This document shows positions 20,494 to 30,603 of a stretch of DNA of 64,000 bases, piece by piece. Under the pieces are notes generated by a model. That model worked only from the letters and a program-made list of their open reading frames with translations, was not told the DNA's origin and did no database searches. A program made the position numbers and the translations under genes. The stretch is from Gammaproteobacteria bacterium (lineage in GTDB: Bacteria; Pseudomonadota; Gammaproteobacteria; JAKEHO01), in assembly GCA_022614965.1 (NCBI GenBank), contig JAKEHO010000017.1:54280-118279 (forward strand), written 5' to 3'. Numbering within the stretch: position 1 is the stretch's first letter; the number at the start of each line of letters is the position of its first letter.

Positions 20494-21006
20494 ATGCGCT
20501 GTCCGTTTTGCGGCGAGCTTGAGACTCGAGTCATTGATTCCCGTCTTGTCGGTGAAGGCGATCAAGTCCGCCGCCGCCGTGAGTGCACGGGCTGCAATGA
20601 GCGCTATACAACCTATGAATCAGCTCAACTAAGCCTACCGCGAATCGTTAAATCGGATGGACGACGCGAACCGTTCCAGGAAGAAAAGCTCCGCGGGGGA
20701 ATGTTAAGGGCTCTTGAAAAGCGGCCCGTAAAGATGGAGAGCATTGAAATTGCGATCTCCAAGATTAAGCATCGATTACGCGCTGGCGGGGAGCGCGAGA
20801 TCAAGTCACGTAAGGTCGGCGATTTGGTCATGGAGCAATTGAGGGTGCTGGATCAAGTCGCTTACGTGCGTTTTGCTTCTGTGTATCGTAGCTTCGAGGA
20901 CGTACGGGCTTTCCTTGAGGAAATCGAGCGTCTCGAAAATGAGTTGCCGCCGGAGTTAAAGGAGAATCAGCTCGACTTGTTGCCAGCGGATGGTGAAAAG
21001 CATTGA
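20494..21006 (+). CDS. nrdR: transcriptional repressor NrdR
   Basis: N-terminal zinc ribbon (MRCPFCG...[12 protein letters not shown]) followed by an ATP-cone. Confidence 0.92.
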   Translation: MRCPFCGELETRVIDSRLVGEGDQVRRRRECTGCNERYTTYESAQLSLPRIVKSDGRREPFQEEKLRGGMLRALEKRPVKMESIEIAISKIKHRLRAGGEREIKSRKVGDLVMEQLRVLDQVAYVRFASVYRSFEDVRAFLEEIERLENELPPELKENQLDLLPADGEKH

Positions 21007-22106
21007 ATTGGACAGTTGCTGATCACCGCTACATGGCTCGTGCCCTGCAGCTCGCTCGGCGTGGCCTGTACACCGCGCATCCTAACCCCCGCGTCGGATG
21101 TGTCTTGGTCAAGGATGGCAACGTGGTGGGGCAAGGCTGGCACGAATTCACGGGCGGGCCTCATGCCGAGATCTGTGCCTTGGCGGACGCCGGGAGCAAG
21201 GCCCGCGCTGCGACATGCTACGTCACATTTGAACCCTGTGCCCATTATGGCCGCACGCCCGCTTGCGTCGAGTCCCTGATTGCCAATGATGTCTTTCGAG
21301 TCGTCGCGTCCATGCTGGATCCGAATCCTAAGGTGCACGGCAAGGGCCTTGCGCGGCTTTCCCAAGCTGGGATCACCGTGGACGAAGGTTTGCTCAAGGC
21401 TGAAGCCGAGGCACTCAATGCGGGCTTTATTATGCGTATGTGCCATGGCAGGCCGTTTGTGCGATGTAAACTGGGCATGAGTATGGATGGCCGTACGGCA
21501 ATGCCAGTGAGCAGAAGGCAGTGGATCACCTCCCCGGAGGCAAGGATGGACGTGCAGCGGCTACGCGCACGGAGTTCTGCTATCGTGACGGGGATCGGTA
21601 CGGTGCTTGCGGACGATCCCTCTTTGACGGTGCGCGATCCCGACTTATTGGGGTCCGATCGCCAGCCCTTGCGCGGGGTCGTTGATTCTAGACTTCGGAT
21701 GCCAGAGGGAGCGCGCATGTTGAGGCTTCCCGGTCGGACCGTCGTGATGACAACCTCGGATGATAGGGCAAAAAGGCTGAGGTTGACCGCTGCTGGGGCT
21801 GAGGTTGTTCGGATCCCAAGTGATAACGGGCAGGTCGATCTACCGGGGGTACTGACATATCTAGCGGGCTTAGAGGTTAACGAGGTCTTGCTGGAGGCTG
21901 GTGCGACACTGAGTGGGGCAATGTTACAGAAGGGGCTTATTGACGAGCTCGTGCTGTATGTGGCACCGACTCTGGTAGGAGATGCCGGGCGTGGCTTATT
22001 CCAGTTAGTAGGCCTTGGTACACTGGCGGAGCGCATCGACGTTAACATCATTGATATGCGTATGATAGGTCCAGACCTGCGGCTTACGGCACATATCAGG
22101 GCGTAA
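21003..22106 (+). CDS. ribD: riboflavin biosynthesis bifunctional deaminase/reductase
   Basis: CDA zinc motif (HAE...[11 protein letters not shown]) plus the RibG reductase domain. TTG start overlapping the nrdR stop. An in-frame ATG (MARALQLA) lies 10 codons downstream. Confidence 0.88.
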   Translation: MNWTVADHRYMARALQLARRGLYTAHPNPRVGCVLVKDGNVVGQGWHEFTGGPHAEICALADAGSKARAATCYVTFEPCAHYGRTPACVESLIANDVFRVVASMLDPNPKVHGKGLARLSQAGITVDEGLLKAEAEALNAGFIMRMCHGRPFVRCKLGMSMDGRTAMPVSRRQWITSPEARMDVQRLRARSSAIVTGIGTVLADDPSLTVRDPDLLGSDRQPLRGVVDSRLRMPEGARMLRLPGRTVVMTTSDDRAKRLRLTAAGAEVVRIPSDNGQVDLPGVLTYLAGLEVNEVLLEAGATLSGAMLQKGLIDELVLYVAPTLVGDAGRGLFQLVGLGTLAERIDVNIIDMRMIGPDLRLTAHIRA

Positions 22107-22141
22107 TGCAACAAGTACCAAATTAGCGTGCAGCTGATTTC

Positions 22142-22828
22142 ATGTTCACTGGCATCATCGAAGCGATAGGCACAATCTCCGGCATTGCAGCAAAGGGCGT
22201 TGATCAGTCAATCCGTATCAATACCGGCAAACTAAGTCTTTCGCAACTCAACAGAGGAGATAGCATTGCAGTGAGCGGCGTTTGTCTCAGTGTGGTGCAT
22301 ATCTATGACGATGGGGTTGCAACGGACCTCTCTGCGGAGACCCTTTCCCGAACGACCCTGAGTGATTTGGAAATCGGCCGTCTGGTTAATTTAGAACTGG
22401 CATTGACACCAGCAAGTCGCATCGGTGGCCATTTAGTCATGGGTCACGTCGATGGGATCGGCAGGGTAGTTGAACGCAATAATGATGGGCGTTGCGTCCG
22501 CCTGTCTGTCAAAGCGCCTGACGCATTGGCAAGATACCTCAGCGAAAAAGGCTCCATAGGTTTGGATGGTGTAAGCTTGACCGTCAATGGTGTTCGCGGT
22601 GGGGCGTTTGACGTCAACCTTATCCCCCATACCCTGGTAGAGACGACACTCGGGCGCCTGCAGCGGGGTCATGCGGTCAATTTGGAGGTCGATATCATTG
22701 CGCGTTATCTCGAACGGCTAATGGCTCCGCAAAGCGCGGCGCAGTCAGAGCAGGGGCCCATCACGTTAGAGTTTCTTGCTGAACACGGTTTTATTGGTGA
22801 TCCGACGGCCACCTCCGGTGACGATTAA
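22142..22828 (+). CDS. ribE: riboflavin synthase alpha subunit
   Basis: MFTGIIE N-terminus and duplicated lumazine-binding halves. Confidence 0.88.
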   Translation: MFTGIIEAIGTISGIAAKGVDQSIRINTGKLSLSQLNRGDSIAVSGVCLSVVHIYDDGVATDLSAETLSRTTLSDLEIGRLVNLELALTPASRIGGHLVMGHVDGIGRVVERNNDGRCVRLSVKAPDALARYLSEKGSIGLDGVSLTVNGVRGGAFDVNLIPHTLVETTLGRLQRGHAVNLEVDIIARYLERLMAPQSAAQSEQGPITLEFLAEHGFIGDPTATSGDD

Positions 22829-22937
22829 CTGCCCATTACTATCAAGCGCATAGAGGAAATTACTGAAGTGACAAGTTATAATCTTCTGAGCGGGGACGCT
22901 ACCCTAAACCCTCTGCTTGAAGGGCGCAACTAAGCCT

Positions 22938-24044
22938 ATGTCTGTATATTCAATTGAAGGGATCATCCAGGATATTCAGCAAGGAAAGATAGTCATTATC
23001 GTGGATGATGAAGATCGCGAAAACGAAGGCGATCTTTTGATGGCGGCAAGCTGCGTGCGGCCAGAGGATATTAATTTCATGGCCCGCTATGGACGTGGCC
23101 TCATTTGCCTCACGCTCACGCGGGAACGGTGTAAACAGTTGCGCTTGCCGTTGATGGTGGGTGATGCTTACGCTAGCCGCTCGACAAATTTCACGGTGTC
23201 GATCGAGGCAGCGGAGGGTGTCACAACGGGTATCTCGGCTGCCGATCGTGCACTGACGATACGAGCCGCTGTTGCCCCAGATGCCAAACCATCTGATCTG
23301 GTGCAACCGGGGCACGTATTTCCCCTGATGTCGCAGCCAGGTGGCGTATTGAGCCGTGCGGGTCATACCGAGGCCGGTTGTGACTTGGCGAGACTTGCCG
23401 GTTTCGAGCCCGCAGCGGTAATCGTCGAAATTCTGAAGGAAGACGGATCAATGGCACGACGGCCCGACCTCGAAGCGTTCGCAAGTGCGCACGGGCTGAA
23501 GATGGGTTCGATCGCAAATCTCATTCAGTTTCGCGTTCAGAATGAAAAAACCGTTGAGCGAGTTGCGGACTGCTATCTGCCGACGGAGTATGGCGAGTTT
23601 AAACTCGTCGCCTACAGGGACAGTATTCAGAATGATGTGCATCTAGCCATGATTAAGGGTGAGATTGATCAGAATGAGGCGACGTTAGTGCGAGTACATC
23701 TACATAATCCTTTGTGTGATCTAACCGGTAGCCTTCGTGAGGACTGTGGGTGGCCACTTCGTGATGTGTTGCAGCGTGTTGCTAAGGAACAGTCCGGCGT
23801 GGTTGTAATTTTGTGTAATCAGGTAGAGGCGCCTGATTTGATCAGTCAGATTGACAGTTATAAATGTCGGGATAATAAAGAAGATCTACCACATAGACCA
23901 AATACTAAGGATCTGCGCACTATTGGACTCGGTGCCCAGATACTTTCTGACCTCGGGGTATGCAAGATGCGGGTGTTAAGCGCTCCAAAGAGGATCCATG
24001 CTATTTCCGGGTTTGGCCTCGAGGTGGTTGAGTACGTGAACTAA
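22938..24044 (+). CDS. ribBA: bifunctional 3,4-dihydroxy-2-butanone-4-phosphate synthase / GTP cyclohydrolase II-like protein
   Basis: DHBP synthase signature ([13 protein letters not shown]) then a RibA-like C-terminal domain. The track ORF starts 7 codons earlier at a TTG. Confidence 0.85.
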   Translation: MSVYSIEGIIQDIQQGKIVIIVDDEDRENEGDLLMAASCVRPEDINFMARYGRGLICLTLTRERCKQLRLPLMVGDAYASRSTNFTVSIEAAEGVTTGISAADRALTIRAAVAPDAKPSDLVQPGHVFPLMSQPGGVLSRAGHTEAGCDLARLAGFEPAAVIVEILKEDGSMARRPDLEAFASAHGLKMGSIANLIQFRVQNEKTVERVADCYLPTEYGEFKLVAYRDSIQNDVHLAMIKGEIDQNEATLVRVHLHNPLCDLTGSLREDCGWPLRDVLQRVAKEQSGVVVILCNQVEAPDLISQIDSYKCRDNKEDLPHRPNTKDLRTIGLGAQILSDLGVCKMRVLSAPKRIHAISGFGLEVVEYVN

Positions 24045-24089
24045 CGTAAAAGTACATATCCGTCAAATAAATAGGGCAAAGTTTCCCAA

Positions 24090-24566
24090 GTGCCTAACAT
24101 TGAAATTATCGAAGGAAGCTATCTCGTCGAAGAGGCCCATTTTGCTATCGTTGCGAGTCGGTTCAACAGTTTCATCGTTGAACGGCTGCTTTCTGGATGT
24201 ATCGATGCCTTAAAGCGCCATGGCGTCCCAGAAGATCACATTACCGTGGTAAGGGCGCCCGGCGCATTCGAGATGCCGCTGGTGGTAAAACGTGTGGCAC
24301 AGACAGGCCGGTATGATGCGCTGATAGCTCTCGGGGCGGTGATTCGCGGAGCCACACCACACTTTGAATACGTGGCTGGTGCGTGTTCGAACGGGCTCGC
24401 TACTGTTTCCGCGCAATGTGATGTGCCGATCGCTTTCGGTGTATTGACGGTCGATACGCTTGAGCAAGCCATTGAACGTGCCGGTACCAAGGCAGGCAAT
24501 AAAGGGATTGATGCGGCGCTGGCGGCGATCGAGATGGTAAGCCTCATGCGCAAACTCAAGCAATGA
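24090..24566 (+). CDS. ribH: 6,7-dimethyl-8-ribityllumazine synthase
   Basis: 158 aa. Near-collinear with E. coli lumazine synthase (HFEYVAG...GTKAGNKG). GTG start. Confidence 0.9.
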   Translation: MPNIEIIEGSYLVEEAHFAIVASRFNSFIVERLLSGCIDALKRHGVPEDHITVVRAPGAFEMPLVVKRVAQTGRYDALIALGAVIRGATPHFEYVAGACSNGLATVSAQCDVPIAFGVLTVDTLEQAIERAGTKAGNKGIDAALAAIEMVSLMRKLKQ

Positions 24567-25006
24567 TTGATTCCGATGCACCGATTTCTAAGCGCGCAAG
24601 GATTCGGGCGCGTCGCAGTGCCGTCCAGGCTCTTTATCAATGGCGGATGACCAATCGAGACATGCGCGAAATTATTGATGAGTTTGAGAGGGAGCGAGAT
24701 CTGCGTAAGACGGATAAGGAGTACTTCCGATCATTGCTCCAGGGAGTTGCAGATCAGGCGAATCGATTAGATGAGACGCTCGTGCCACTCGTTGATCGCC
24801 CGTTACAAGAGGTTGACCCAATAGAACGGGCTATCCTTCATATCGGGATATATGAGCTGCAAAATCACCCAGAGATCCCTTGGCGTGTCGTAATTAACGA
24901 GTCAGTGGAGCTGGCGAAAATGTTCGGGGCAGAGCAGTCTCACAGATTCGTGAACGGCATCCTTGATAGCGCAGCTCACATTCTAAGACCGGCGGGGACA
25001 GGTTGA
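24563..25006 (+). CDS. nusB: transcription antitermination factor NusB
   Basis: 147 aa NusB fold. Overlaps the ribH stop (ATGA), the conserved ribH-nusB-thiL arrangement. Confidence 0.88.
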   Translation: MIDSDAPISKRARIRARRSAVQALYQWRMTNRDMREIIDEFERERDLRKTDKEYFRSLLQGVADQANRLDETLVPLVDRPLQEVDPIERAILHIGIYELQNHPEIPWRVVINESVELAKMFGAEQSHRFVNGILDSAAHILRPAGTG

Positions 25007-25108
25007 AGTTGTTGAGAAAAAGCTTTGTTAGGCGCTTGCTTCGGATAGTCCTTCAATACGACCGTGTGGATCCGGCGGCATACCGCCCGGGCGAATAGTA
25101 GCCCGACG

Positions 25109-26077
25109 ATGCCCCCATCCGAATTCGATCTCATCGAGAAATATTTCCATCGCACAATCGTGACGCGCAATGACGTCGCGCTTGGCATCGGCGATGATGC
25201 CGCAGTCATTCGATTTCCTCCGGGCATGGAACTCACATTATCTACCGATACGATGATTGCCGGCGTGCATTTCCCGGAGGATACCGATCCCGCGGACATT
25301 GGTTACAAGGCACTGGCCGTGAATTTGAGTGATATGGCGGCGATGGGGGCTGAACCCGCGTGGGCGACCCTAGCGCTCACGATACCTGAGCCCGATGAGC
25401 AATGGCTAGACCGATTTGCTGCGGGGTTTTTCGAGCTTGCGGCTGAATTCTCGGTGCAGCTGATTGGCGGCGATTTGACTCGTGGGCCACTGGTTATGAC
25501 AGTGCAGGTCCACGGTATGGTGCCAGCCGGGATGGCACTGACACGACGCGGCGCGCGAGTTTTTGATCAAATCTACGTCACGGGGACGCTAGGGGATGCG
25601 GGCCTTGCGCTAGCAAGCCTCAAGCATGCCAATGGTGTGAGGGGATGGTGTGATCGCTTTTTGCAGGGCCGATTGAACCGACCGACACCCCGGGTCCGGG
25701 AGGGCATCGCGTTGCGCGGGCTTGCAACCAGCGCCATTGATATCTCCGACGGTTTGCTGGCTGATCTTGGCCATATCGTATCCGCCAGTGGCGTGGGTGC
25801 GCGTTTGTGCATTGCGGATATCCCGCTGTCCTCTGTCGTGTTGGAGAATAGTGACCGAGACGCCGCTCGACGAATGGCACTTTCAGCCGGCGATGACTAT
25901 GAGCTCTGTTTCACAGTGCCCCGTGATCGGCAGGCGTTGCTGAAAGCGGCCTTCAATCATTTTGCCTGTGGGGTGACCTGTGTGGGTACGATCTTAGAGG
26001 CGCCTGGGGTTCGTTGTTACGGCTCAGACGGAACAGAGTTCCATCCAGATGCAATCGGGTACAGGCATTTTCAGTAG
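25109..26077 (+). CDS. thiL: thiamine-monophosphate kinase
   Basis: AIR-synthase-related fold. N-terminus MPPSEFDLIEKYF matches ThiL starts. The track ORF is extended 15 codons upstream. Confidence 0.82.
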   Translation: MPPSEFDLIEKYFHRTIVTRNDVALGIGDDAAVIRFPPGMELTLSTDTMIAGVHFPEDTDPADIGYKALAVNLSDMAAMGAEPAWATLALTIPEPDEQWLDRFAAGFFELAAEFSVQLIGGDLTRGPLVMTVQVHGMVPAGMALTRRGARVFDQIYVTGTLGDAGLALASLKHANGVRGWCDRFLQGRLNRPTPRVREGIALRGLATSAIDISDGLLADLGHIVSASGVGARLCIADIPLSSVVLENSDRDAARRMALSAGDDYELCFTVPRDRQALLKAAFNHFACGVTCVGTILEAPGVRCYGSDGTEFHPDAIGYRHFQ

Positions 26078-26198
26078 ACGCCTAATTACCTTCCGAAGGT
26101 TCGGTCGTGTCTTTAGGTGGCGCGTTTTGCCTTACGCGCTACAATACTCGCAATCTAGTGCTAGGCATGGGCCGGTCGCATGGCCCCCGGTGTGAGCA

Positions 26199-26969
26199 AT
26201 GTGTGAACTTCTGGGAATGAGTGCCAATGTACCCACGGATATCCGCTTTAGCTTTACAGGGCTAATGCAGCGCGGCGGTCGTACCGGTCCGCATCGTGAC
26301 GGCTGGGGTATCGGGTTCTATGAAGGGCGGGGCTGCCGTCTCTTCCACGATCCGAATGCAAGCGCAGAATCACACGTCGCTCGCCTGGTACAGAGTTATG
26401 AAATCAAAAGCAAGATCATCATAAGTCATATTCGCAAAGCGAACCGTGGTCGCGTATGCCTAGAAAATACACATCCATTTGTTCGGGAACTTTGGGGCTA
26501 TAGTTGGACTTTTGTTCATAATGGCCAGTTGAAGGGTGTAAAGAAGCTACCGTTATCGTTTTACAGGCCGATAGGCACGACTGACAGCGAACACGCGTTC
26601 TGCTGGATGTTGGACCAGATCCGTGAGCGTTTTGGCAATGTGCCACGGCGAGCAGGGGCCCTTTGGGATTTTATTTATCAGTTGGCCAGCAAATTGCGCG
26701 AGCGCGGATCGTTTAATTTCTTGTTGAGCGATTCAAAGCATCTGTATGCTCACTGCAGCACAAATCTTTCTTTCATAACGCGCCGCGCCCCGTTTGGGAG
26801 GGCACGTTTGATCGATGCTGAGGTGGTCATTGATTTTGAAAAGGAAACGACACCTAAAGATATAGTGACAGTCATTGCATCGCGGCCGCTGACCCATGAT
26901 GAGGAGTGGATAAAGATGAAACGGGGAGCGTTTGACGTTTTTATTGATGGAATATCGATGGGAGAATAA
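26199..26969 (+). CDS. class II (Ntn) glutamine amidotransferase, YafJ-type stand-alone domain
   Basis: MC at the N-terminus (Cys2 nucleophile) and an MCELLGMSAN... GATase_4-like fold. No synthase domain attached. Confidence 0.7.
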   Translation: MCELLGMSANVPTDIRFSFTGLMQRGGRTGPHRDGWGIGFYEGRGCRLFHDPNASAESHVARLVQSYEIKSKIIISHIRKANRGRVCLENTHPFVRELWGYSWTFVHNGQLKGVKKLPLSFYRPIGTTDSEHAFCWMLDQIRERFGNVPRRAGALWDFIYQLASKLRERGSFNFLLSDSKHLYAHCSTNLSFITRRAPFGRARLIDAEVVIDFEKETTPKDIVTVIASRPLTHDEEWIKMKRGAFDVFIDGISMGE

Positions 26970-27002
26970 CTCGGCTTACGCAGATTAACCACCTGGCGTA
27001 AA

Positions 27003-27028
27003 GGCGCATTCGCGCCCCTAGCGTTTTC
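27003..27028 (+). terminator. candidate rho-independent terminator after the amidotransferase gene
   Basis: GGCGC-ATTC-GCGCC stem-loop followed by CCTAGCGTTTTCGG (T-run), about 35 nt after the stop. Confidence 0.35.
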
Positions 27029-27098
27029 GGTCTGAAATAATTGATATGTCGATTTTCGCGAGCAAACCGACTGGAGCTTGTTAAGGAGAATTGACGTT

Positions 27099-27134
27099 AT
27101 GTCCCAATCGAAGAAACAGGAGCCGTACGGATGA
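27099..27134 (+). CDS. possible 11-codon leader ORF (MSQSKKQEPYG) translationally coupled to fumC
   Basis: ATG 10 nt after AAGGAGA. Its TGA overlaps the fumC ATG (ATGA). Not supported beyond the sequence pattern. Confidence 0.25.
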   Translation: MSQSKKQEPYG

Positions 27135-28519
27135 TTGATAAAAACTATCGACTTGAGAGGGACAGCATGGGTGAAATTAGAGTCCCGGCGGATGCGTTGT
27201 ACGGTGCCCAGACACAGCGTGCGGTAGAAAATTTTTCAATCAGCGGGCTAAAAATGCCTCGCGCGTTCATCCGTGCATTGGGGCTTATTAAAGGGGCGAC
27301 GGCCAAGGCTAATCATGATCTTGGTCTAATGGATGCTGATATGGCGGAAGCCATCATAAGTGCCGCGGCCGAGGTGGAGCAGGGTGAATATGACCAGCAT
27401 TTCCCGGTGGACGTGTTTCAAACGGGTTCCGGAACGAGTACGAACATGAACGCCAATGAAGTCATAGCTCGCCTTGCTGCGGAGCGACTCGGGAAGCCGG
27501 TGCATCCCAACGATCACGTTAACATGGGGCAAAGCAGCAACGATGTCATTCCCACGGCAATTCATGTCAGTGCCACGTTGGAGGTTGAGGACCTGCTTCT
27601 GCCTGCTCTTGCTCATCTTGCTGATACCATTGCAAAGCGTGCTATGGAACTCGATGGCATTGTGAAAACTGGGCGCACCCACCTGATGGATGCCATGCCA
27701 GTGCGCATTGGGCAGGAGCTTAGCGGCTGGGAAGCGCAGGTTCGGCATGGGCGGGACCGCATCGAGTCCGCGTTAGAGCGCATGCGAGCGCTGCCGCTTG
27801 GCGGGTCTGCGGTAGGTACCGGAATCAATGCTCATCCGGAATGCGGCCAAAGAGTCGCCGCTAATCTTACGGGGGCAACTGGCGCGCGCTTTATCCGAAT
27901 GAAGAATTATTTTGAGGGGCTGAGTTGTCAGGACGCTGCCGTGGAACTCTGCGGCCAGCTAAAGACCGTGGCAGTGAGTCTTATGAAAATCGCCAATGAC
28001 CTGCGCTGGATGAATAGTGGGCCGCTCGCAGGCCTCGCTGAGATCAGCTTACCCGCTTTGCAACCGGGCAGCAGCATCATGCCAGGCAAGGTCAATCCCG
28101 TGATCCCAGAAGCGGTGACTATGGCCTGTGCTCAGGTCATTGGGAACGATGTGACGGTTACCATCGGTGGCCAAGCGGGTAATTTTCAATTGAACGTGAT
28201 GCTTCCGGTGATCGCATATAACCTATTGCAAAGCATCGAGCTGATGGCAAACTCCGCACGAGTCCTTGCTGATAACGCCATCGCGGGTTTTACCGTCAAC
28301 GTGGAACAGCTGCGTAAGGCGCTAGAGAAGAATCCGATCCTAGTAACCGCCCTGAATGCCGTTATTGGTTATGACAAGGGCGCTCAGATTGCAAAGAAGG
28401 CCTATGCGGAAGGGCGGTCAATACAGGACGTAGCGGCCGAGATGACAGACCTTTCTGCGGAGGAACTTGCCCGGTTGCTGGATCCAGCAAAATTGACCAA
28501 AGGCGGACCGCGTAAATAG
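27131..28519 (+). CDS. fumC: class II fumarate hydratase (aspartase/fumarase superfamily; aspartate ammonia-lyase not excluded)
   Basis: 462 aa. GSSIMPGKVNP signature and an N-terminus collinear with FumC/AspA. Confidence 0.75.
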   Translation: MIDKNYRLERDSMGEIRVPADALYGAQTQRAVENFSISGLKMPRAFIRALGLIKGATAKANHDLGLMDADMAEAIISAAAEVEQGEYDQHFPVDVFQTGSGTSTNMNANEVIARLAAERLGKPVHPNDHVNMGQSSNDVIPTAIHVSATLEVEDLLLPALAHLADTIAKRAMELDGIVKTGRTHLMDAMPVRIGQELSGWEAQVRHGRDRIESALERMRALPLGGSAVGTGINAHPECGQRVAANLTGATGARFIRMKNYFEGLSCQDAAVELCGQLKTVAVSLMKIANDLRWMNSGPLAGLAEISLPALQPGSSIMPGKVNPVIPEAVTMACAQVIGNDVTVTIGGQAGNFQLNVMLPVIAYNLLQSIELMANSARVLADNAIAGFTVNVEQLRKALEKNPILVTALNAVIGYDKGAQIAKKAYAEGRSIQDVAAEMTDLSAEELARLLDPAKLTKGGPRK

Positions 28520-28616
28520 CTCGCGTTCAGGAAAGGCGAGCGCAGATCATAGATTGAGTGATTGCCGCTTTGGTCAGGATGCCAATCATCTCACGGTCGA
28601 GCCTCCTTGCAACGCG

Positions 28617-29351
28617 TCATTGCCGTCGTTTCTGTGCTAAAACGACGAGTGTGCGACCAAATAAGGCCGTGTTTGAGTTCTGGATCGCCACATGCTCGGA
28701 TCTCCCGTGCTTCATACGTGCGCTCAGCCAGATTAACGGTGCCAGAAATGACCACAATAGGGATGTTCTCTGAAATCTGTCTGTTCGAACTTCGCTGATG
28801 TCCAGTCCGCTTTGCGCAAGACGCCAACGGTACGCGTCCAGCGTGGAAGCAGTGATGTGCTGTGATACCGGATCCAAAATATCCGGATCCAGTGTTGGGA
28901 ATGAGTAGAAATACCCGGTGAACAAAAATGCAATGCGGGATTTCAATGAGAGGATATTGGGCGTACTGAATGCAAAGGTGCCTCCGGGCCTCAAAACCCG
29001 CGATACTTCATTGAATAGAGCGCGATGATTTTCGAGATGTTCTATAAGCTCGATTGCCAGGACGAGATCGAGTGAGGCATCAGCATATGGCAGACGTCCA
29101 GTGGCGTCAACGCGTTGACATTGCACCCCAGAGACATCAAAGTTATCAGGAAACAGATCGCAGGCCTGCACCGAATAGCCGGCCTCGAGCAGCCTTCGGC
29201 AGAGTCCTCCGCGCCCTGCGCCGACATCTAGGACCTGAATATCACGTGAGGGGGGAATTTCCGATTCCACAATGCGCATGACCGCTTCATGGACGCCTCT
29301 AACAGCCATGGCATCAAATGGTTGAATGTCGGCTGTGGGCTCAGTCTTCAT
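28617..29351 (-). CDS. class I SAM-dependent methyltransferase (last gene of the glycan operon)
   Basis: Motif I (VLDVGAGRGG), motif post-I (acidic D after beta2) and a Methyltransf_11/25-like core. Start placed at MKTEP with a GAGGAGGGG upstream. The track ORF starts 16 codons earlier at an ATG with no SD. Confidence 0.7.
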   Translation of the reverse strand: MKTEPTADIQPFDAMAVRGVHEAVMRIVESEIPPSRDIQVLDVGAGRGGLCRRLLEAGYSVQACDLFPDNFDVSGVQCQRVDATGRLPYADASLDLVLAIELIEHLENHRALFNEVSRVLRPGGTFAFSTPNILSLKSRIAFLFTGYFYSFPTLDPDILDPVSQHITASTLDAYRWRLAQSGLDISEVRTDRFQRTSLLWSFLAPLIWLSARMKHGRSEHVAIQNSNTALFGRTLVVLAQKRRQ

Positions 29352-29447
29352 TTCAGTCTCGCCGCCCCTCCTCTGTAGGCAAGAACCCGTTCCGCTCATG
29401 CATTACACAGTTTTCGATAGGCGGCAAAGGAGTCCGGCATTTCTCAA

Positions 29448-30545
29448 CTAGTTAGCGAGTGCATCTTTGATTACAGCGACTATCTCTTCGATAACCTCAT
29501 CCTTTAGCTCCGGATACATTGGTAATGACAGGCATTGTTGTACGACTTGTTCGGTTCTGCTTAGAGTTAAAGCCTTGCAGGCACCTTTGAACGCATTCTG
29601 CTTGTGTAATGAAACGGGATAGTAGATGGCACTGGCGATACCGGCGTCTTTTAAGTGATTCATGACTTTGTCGCGCTCCGGGGTGAGGATGGTGTACTGG
29701 TGATACACGTGGTATCCCCGATTATCTTCATAAGGGGTGGTTAGTTTGACACCGGATAGTAGTCGGTTATAGGTTTTGGCGACGCGTCGCCGGTCCTTGT
29801 TATAAGCGTCAACCTGTTTTAGTTTAGTACGCAATACTACCGCTTGAATCTCATCCAAGCGGCTATTGAGTCCAATCAGCTCATGATGATACAGTTTATT
29901 ACAACCATGATTTCTTAGCATGCGCAGCCGCTTGGCAAGTTCACCTGAGGCCGTGCTCACCATTCCGCCATCGCCGTAGCAGCCAAGGTTCTTACTCGGG
30001 AAAAAGCTGAAACAACCCAGTATCCCGAAGCTTCCGGTCTGTCGATTATTGACATGTGCGCCAAAGGATTGGGCACAGTCTTCAATTAATTCAAGTCCTT
30101 CCTCATGGCATATTGATACGATTGCGCTCATGTCTGCCGGCTGGCCAAACAGGTGGACGGGCAGTACCGCCTTTGTTTTCTTTGTTATTGCCTGTTGAAT
30201 TTGGTCAGGATCGATATTAAAGGTGTGTGGATCGATATCAACAAACACAGGTATTGCGCCGACGTAGCGAATCGCCTCCGCGGTAGCGATAAAGCTGAAT
30301 GCTGTCGTGATCACTTCATCGCCAGGACCAATTCCCGCAACTTTGAGTGCAAGGTGCAATGCGTCAGTGCCCGAGGCACAGGAAACCACCTGATCGACAC
30401 CCAGGTAATCAGCCACTTCCTGTTCGAAGGCCATGACATTGGGTCCGAGGATGAACTGACCGCTTTCCAGGACTGCCCGTATTCTCAGCTCAATCTCGGG
30501 CTTAAGCTCTTGATATTGTTGTTTGAGATCAAGCATCGGAATCAC
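29448..30545 (-). CDS. DegT/DnrJ/EryC1 PLP-dependent sugar-nucleotide 3-aminotransferase, WbpE/GnnB-like
   Basis: 365 aa. Collinear with WbpE as I recall it, including the GTG-encoded start: MIPMLDLKQQ against MIEFIDLKNQ, EVITTAFSFIATAE, SFFPSKNLGCYGDGG, NHG..YHH..GLNSRLDE. The PLP lysine is in the FFPSK region. Confidence 0.82.
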   Translation of the reverse strand: MIPMLDLKQQYQELKPEIELRIRAVLESGQFILGPNVMAFEQEVADYLGVDQVVSCASGTDALHLALKVAGIGPGDEVITTAFSFIATAEAIRYVGAIPVFVDIDPHTFNIDPDQIQQAITKKTKAVLPVHLFGQPADMSAIVSICHEEGLELIEDCAQSFGAHVNNRQTGSFGILGCFSFFPSKNLGCYGDGGMVSTASGELAKRLRMLRNHGCNKLYHHELIGLNSRLDEIQAVVLRTKLKQVDAYNKDRRRVAKTYNRLLSGVKLTTPYEDNRGYHVYHQYTILTPERDKVMNHLKDAGIASAIYYPVSLHKQNAFKGACKALTLSRTEQVVQQCLSLPMYPELKDEVIEEIVAVIKDALAN

Positions 30546-30603
30546 GTGTGCGGTATCCTGATAGGCAGTTGTGACCTTGTGTGCTCGGGCGATCAGCTTA
30601 GCG

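Noticed and set aside
22829-22937. FMN riboswitch ahead of ribBA.
   Set aside because: The gap is about 110 nt and lacks the conserved FMN element blocks. The rib genes follow nrdR in a contiguous run.
28621-28644. Hairpin cgtcgttt-ctgtgct-aaacgacg as a bidirectional terminator between fumC and the methyltransferase.
   Set aside because: It lies just inside the 3' end of the minus-strand methyltransferase coding frame and has no flanking U/A-run. Noted only.
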